DNA from: Lama glama
Lineage: Eukaryota
NCBI GenBank assembly: GCA_028534125.1
Contig: CM052817.1
Span: 5,210,001-5,274,000, forward strand
Length of the DNA stretch: 64,000 bases
Direction of reading: 5' to 3'
This document shows, piece by piece, positions 60,653 to 64,000 of this stretch. Numbering within the stretch: position 1 is the stretch's first letter; every line of letters starts with the position of its first letter. Made by a program: the position numbers and the translations under genes. The notes below the pieces were generated by a model. That model was not told the DNA's origin and made no database searches. It saw nothing but the letters and a program-made list of their open reading frames with translations.

Positions 60653-61145
60653 GATGCTCCTGGGAAGAAATTTATTCACTCATTCATCTATGAAATATCT
60701 GCTTCCTGCTTCCTCTGTCCTGCTCTCTGATGTTTCCCAGGGGACTGATCTCCCCACTGCAGAAATGGAATAAGTGATGATAGAGAGATGCAGGAGGTAC
60801 TCAGAGAGCAAACTTAGGCCTTAAAGAAAGGAGGGCTGCCTGGAGGAGGTGATGCCTACATTGATTGAGCTTTGAACCTGAGGAATTCAAGGAAGGAGGG
60901 GAAGCAGGGGATTCCAGAGCAAGGGAGTGGCATATTGCCCAGCAGAGAAACAGCAGCCTGGGTGCTTCGAACCACACCCTGTCCTCTGTCCTCAAGCAGA
61001 CTCATTGCTAGTGCCTGGACGGTGAGTGATCCCCTTAGGAGGATGGGCTCCCTTCTTCTAGTGGTCCTGCCCTTGGCTATGGATAGAGGAGGAAGCACTG
61101 GACCGCATGACCTTGGGAAGATCATCCTGAGCAATTATTTTGGAC

Positions 61146-61492
61146 AGTGGTTTTCAAAGTGTGGTCCTGAAACGAGCAGCATCAGCCTCACCTTATCAGA
61201 AACAGATTCTCAGGTCTCACCCCTGACCTGCCGAATCAGGAACCCTGAGGATGGGGCCAGCAATCTGCGTCTTAACGAAACAAACCCTCCGGGGATGCTG
61301 ATGCCTGGGAGAGAAGGAGGCTCGCTCTGCCACCCAAAGCACGGCCCGGGGACCAGCCGTGCGGACATCCCTGGGGAGTGCTGGAAATGCAGACGCTCAG
61401 GCCCCCGCCTGGGCCTACAGAAGCAGAATCTGCATTTTCCACAAGGGCCCCGGAGGGTCGAACGCATATTGACATTCTGAAAAGAGCAGTCC
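61146..61492. mobile_element. Two adjacent MER5A-family MITEs
   Basis: cagtggttttcaaagtgtggtcc...gcagcatcagc (first copy) and ggaccagc...gaaatgcaga...cagaatctgcattt (second copy). Confidence 0.75.
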
Positions 61493-63716
61493 CAGACTCA
61501 GAGCTGGATGACACCCGGATTCTGAGTGACACCTCCTGGCAGCTGACAGACTCAATCAAGAGATCTTGGGAAAATCACCCGACCTTTTATTTCTCTTTCT
61601 GCCAAAAATCCCAGGCGGGAGGGAGCCCGTTGGGCTCAATTAGGGCCTGGAGTCCCTTTGATCCCTTCCAATCTCTGATAAGACCTGGGGGCGAGGGGCG
61701 CTGGGGGCAGCCCTCCGGCAGGACTGGGAAAGTGCTTTCCTCCAGGAGGCGGGAAGCCGAACCACACTCCCCCGCCAGCTCGGCCAAGGAATGTCCCCTC
61801 TCGGAGCCTCTGGAGTTGGGAAGAAACTCTGTAAATTCCACGGCCATCCCAACTCAGCGTGAATTCGCCAGAGCTTCCCAGCGCGGGGCGGCCCGATCGA
61901 AATCCAGTTCAAAACAATTAGCAGCTGACATGTGTTTCCTATGAACGGTGCAAGTGTTAAAACGCATTTAATTTTCTTTTGTAAATGAAGGGGCCCATCC
62001 AGACCAGCCAGTTTATCTCTCTGGGAGAGATGAAAGTGTTTCACCGGCCGGTAGCCTCTGCCCGCCGCGGAGGTGGGGGGCAGCTATCTGGACCCCACGT
62101 GTTCTCTATCTTGTAATTCAGAATCATCTTTCCCATGTGGGACTGTTTCGGCACCACAGAGTCTTTGCTGGAAGACTGATTTTTCCTTATCTAAAATGGT
62201 ACTCCCTTTTTTTCTCTCTCTTAAGCATATTAGTGATTCATAAACAGTAAAATTAGTCTGCTAGAGGCTAGTGGAGGTACTCATCCTGGTGGCGCCTGCT
62301 TTCCTGGGTTAGTAGTTAAAATAAATCATGGCTGTCACAATGGAATTCAGGCCTAAAAATCACCTGTAGGAGTCCCCTCCCCCTCCCCAGGCCCCCAGGG
62401 CACCCGGGATCAAAGCTGTCTTCCCCACTCCGACTGAGGGGGTAAAGGAGGGAGGCGGAGGCGGCGGCCCAGGCGGAAAGCTCCAGAAGCTACACCAAAC
62501 CAGGAAATTAATGTCTCTGCTCTATTGTTAGAGCTGGAAGCATGAAAGTATGAGGCCAATTTATGATATTAGTGTTTCTAAAGCGAAATATGATTAACCA
62601 CTTCATTATGGAAAGTTACGTTTCCACTTAACCTCCTTGCGCTGGCGTCCAGAACTTGGGGTTTTGTATATGTGTGTGTGTGCGCTTTTTTTTTTTTACT
62701 GCAAATTTAATAAATTCCAACATGCCCAAACTTCCTGACTTCCACTGTCCACCGCTGGTCTCTTTGGAAACTTCAAGAGTGGGAGATAACCCTCACAGTC
62801 TGCTCTGCCTACCTTCGTGGCCGATGCCATAATCCGGGATCAGGCAAATCAGCTTTCATCTTCGGAGCACTTAAGTTAATTACATGGAGGCCGGTGGAGG
62901 CCCCGGAGCTGGTTCTGCGCACAGCCTTCCCGAAGCCAAACATCATAGGATCCAGATGCAAGCCCTTGGCAGCTTAAGCCCAACAAATTTCCTTTGTCAA
63001 GAAATGCAAACAGCCAAACATTGCCACGGAGGCTACTTCAGTAAGTCGGCCTCCTTCTGGGACGCTGGGCCCAGGGGCCAGAAACACCGACCAGAAACCA
63101 TGAAAAAGTGAGCCTCACTGCTTTGGAAAAGTGGTCAGGGCCTCGCTGTCTCCCCAGAGTGTGAAGGACTGCTCTGTTTTATTTTGGATGGGCTGCTGAT
63201 CAAAATGGCTGGCTGCCTCCTTTAATCCAGCCCAAGTGTTTGGATGATTTAGGACTCTGTCCCAGGAGTGGGAACACGGGGAAAATGCACGGGGGCTGCT
63301 CCCACCTGCTGACGGCCCCCTGCCCACTCCCTTCTGACTTCGCCTCTGCACCCTGCCCTCGGGTTCCCTTCAGTCTGTCCCGCTTACATCATCCCTTTTC
63401 TTAGAACCTCTCCACGGATATCCCATCTCTGCTCTGCTGTCTGTCCCCCAGGACCTGTGTTGTCGGGCAAACTTCCTCCCTGATTTCACGTTCCATGTGT
63501 CACCAGAGTGACCTGTGTGGCCCTCTCCGTGTCCCCTGCTCTACCGGGGAGCCTTGGACTGGGTGGGTGAATCTGCCTGATTCTGGAGGCAACCACAGGA
63601 AGCCCACTGGGGCAGCATGAGGAAGACATGTTTAGCTGGAATTTTGACTCTGTCCTCCTGACTTTGGTGACTCAGAGCCCAGGTGGGGAGTGGAGGGGCA
63701 TGCTTGGTTAGCTTCC

Positions 63717-64000
63717 TGATGTGGGTGAAATTGTGTCCCCGCAAAAGACAGGTTCAAATCTTAACCCCCAGTAGCTATGAACTCAACATTACTGATTATT
63801 ACTTGGAAATAGGGTCTTCCAGGTAGAGCAAGAGCGTGATGGGTCGAGTGGACCCAAATCCGATGACTGGTATGTCTAGATGAAGACGAAAATTTGCACA
63901 CAGAGAGGAGAGGGAAGGTCATATGAAGAAGGAGGCAGAAACTAGGCTGATGCTAACACAAGCCAGGAACCAAGGGCTGCCAGCAGCTGCCGGGACCTGG
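63717..64000 (+). mobile_element. MaLR LTR, MLT1C-like, cut by the window end
   Basis: aattgtgtccccgcaaaagac...ttacttggaaatagggtctt...aagccaggaaccaaggg. Confidence 0.8.

Overview
Mammalian non-coding genomic DNA, most likely from a camelid (alpaca, llama or camel). It carries a tRNA-derived SINE resembling camelid vic-1, and I saw no Alu, B1/B2, Bov-B/Bov-tA, PRE-1 or Can-SINE. There is no credible intact protein-coding gene, rRNA, genuine tRNA or CRISPR array. A large part of the window is old eutherian repeat debris (MIR, L2, L1M/HAL1, MLT/LTR16, hAT MERs), with a few younger L1 3' ends and two ERV1-like solo LTRs. Between these lie repeat-free, motif-rich blocks that look like enhancers or promoters, including a CpG island at about 26.3-27.0 kb. 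There is one 100-N assembly gap. The two most notable structures are: (1) an 81-bp, ungapped fragment of the PP2A B55 regulatory subunit coding sequence (PPP2R2A-like; [27 protein letters not shown]) lodged between a truncated MER5A and an unusually GC-shifted old L1 5' region; and (2) a candidate L1 3' transduction of about 210 bp of unique DNA, with its own poly(A) signal and tail, bracketed by an 18-19 bp target-site duplication (TSD). Repeat family names come from recalled consensus sequences and their boundaries are approximate. I found no evidence for a new multi-gene system.
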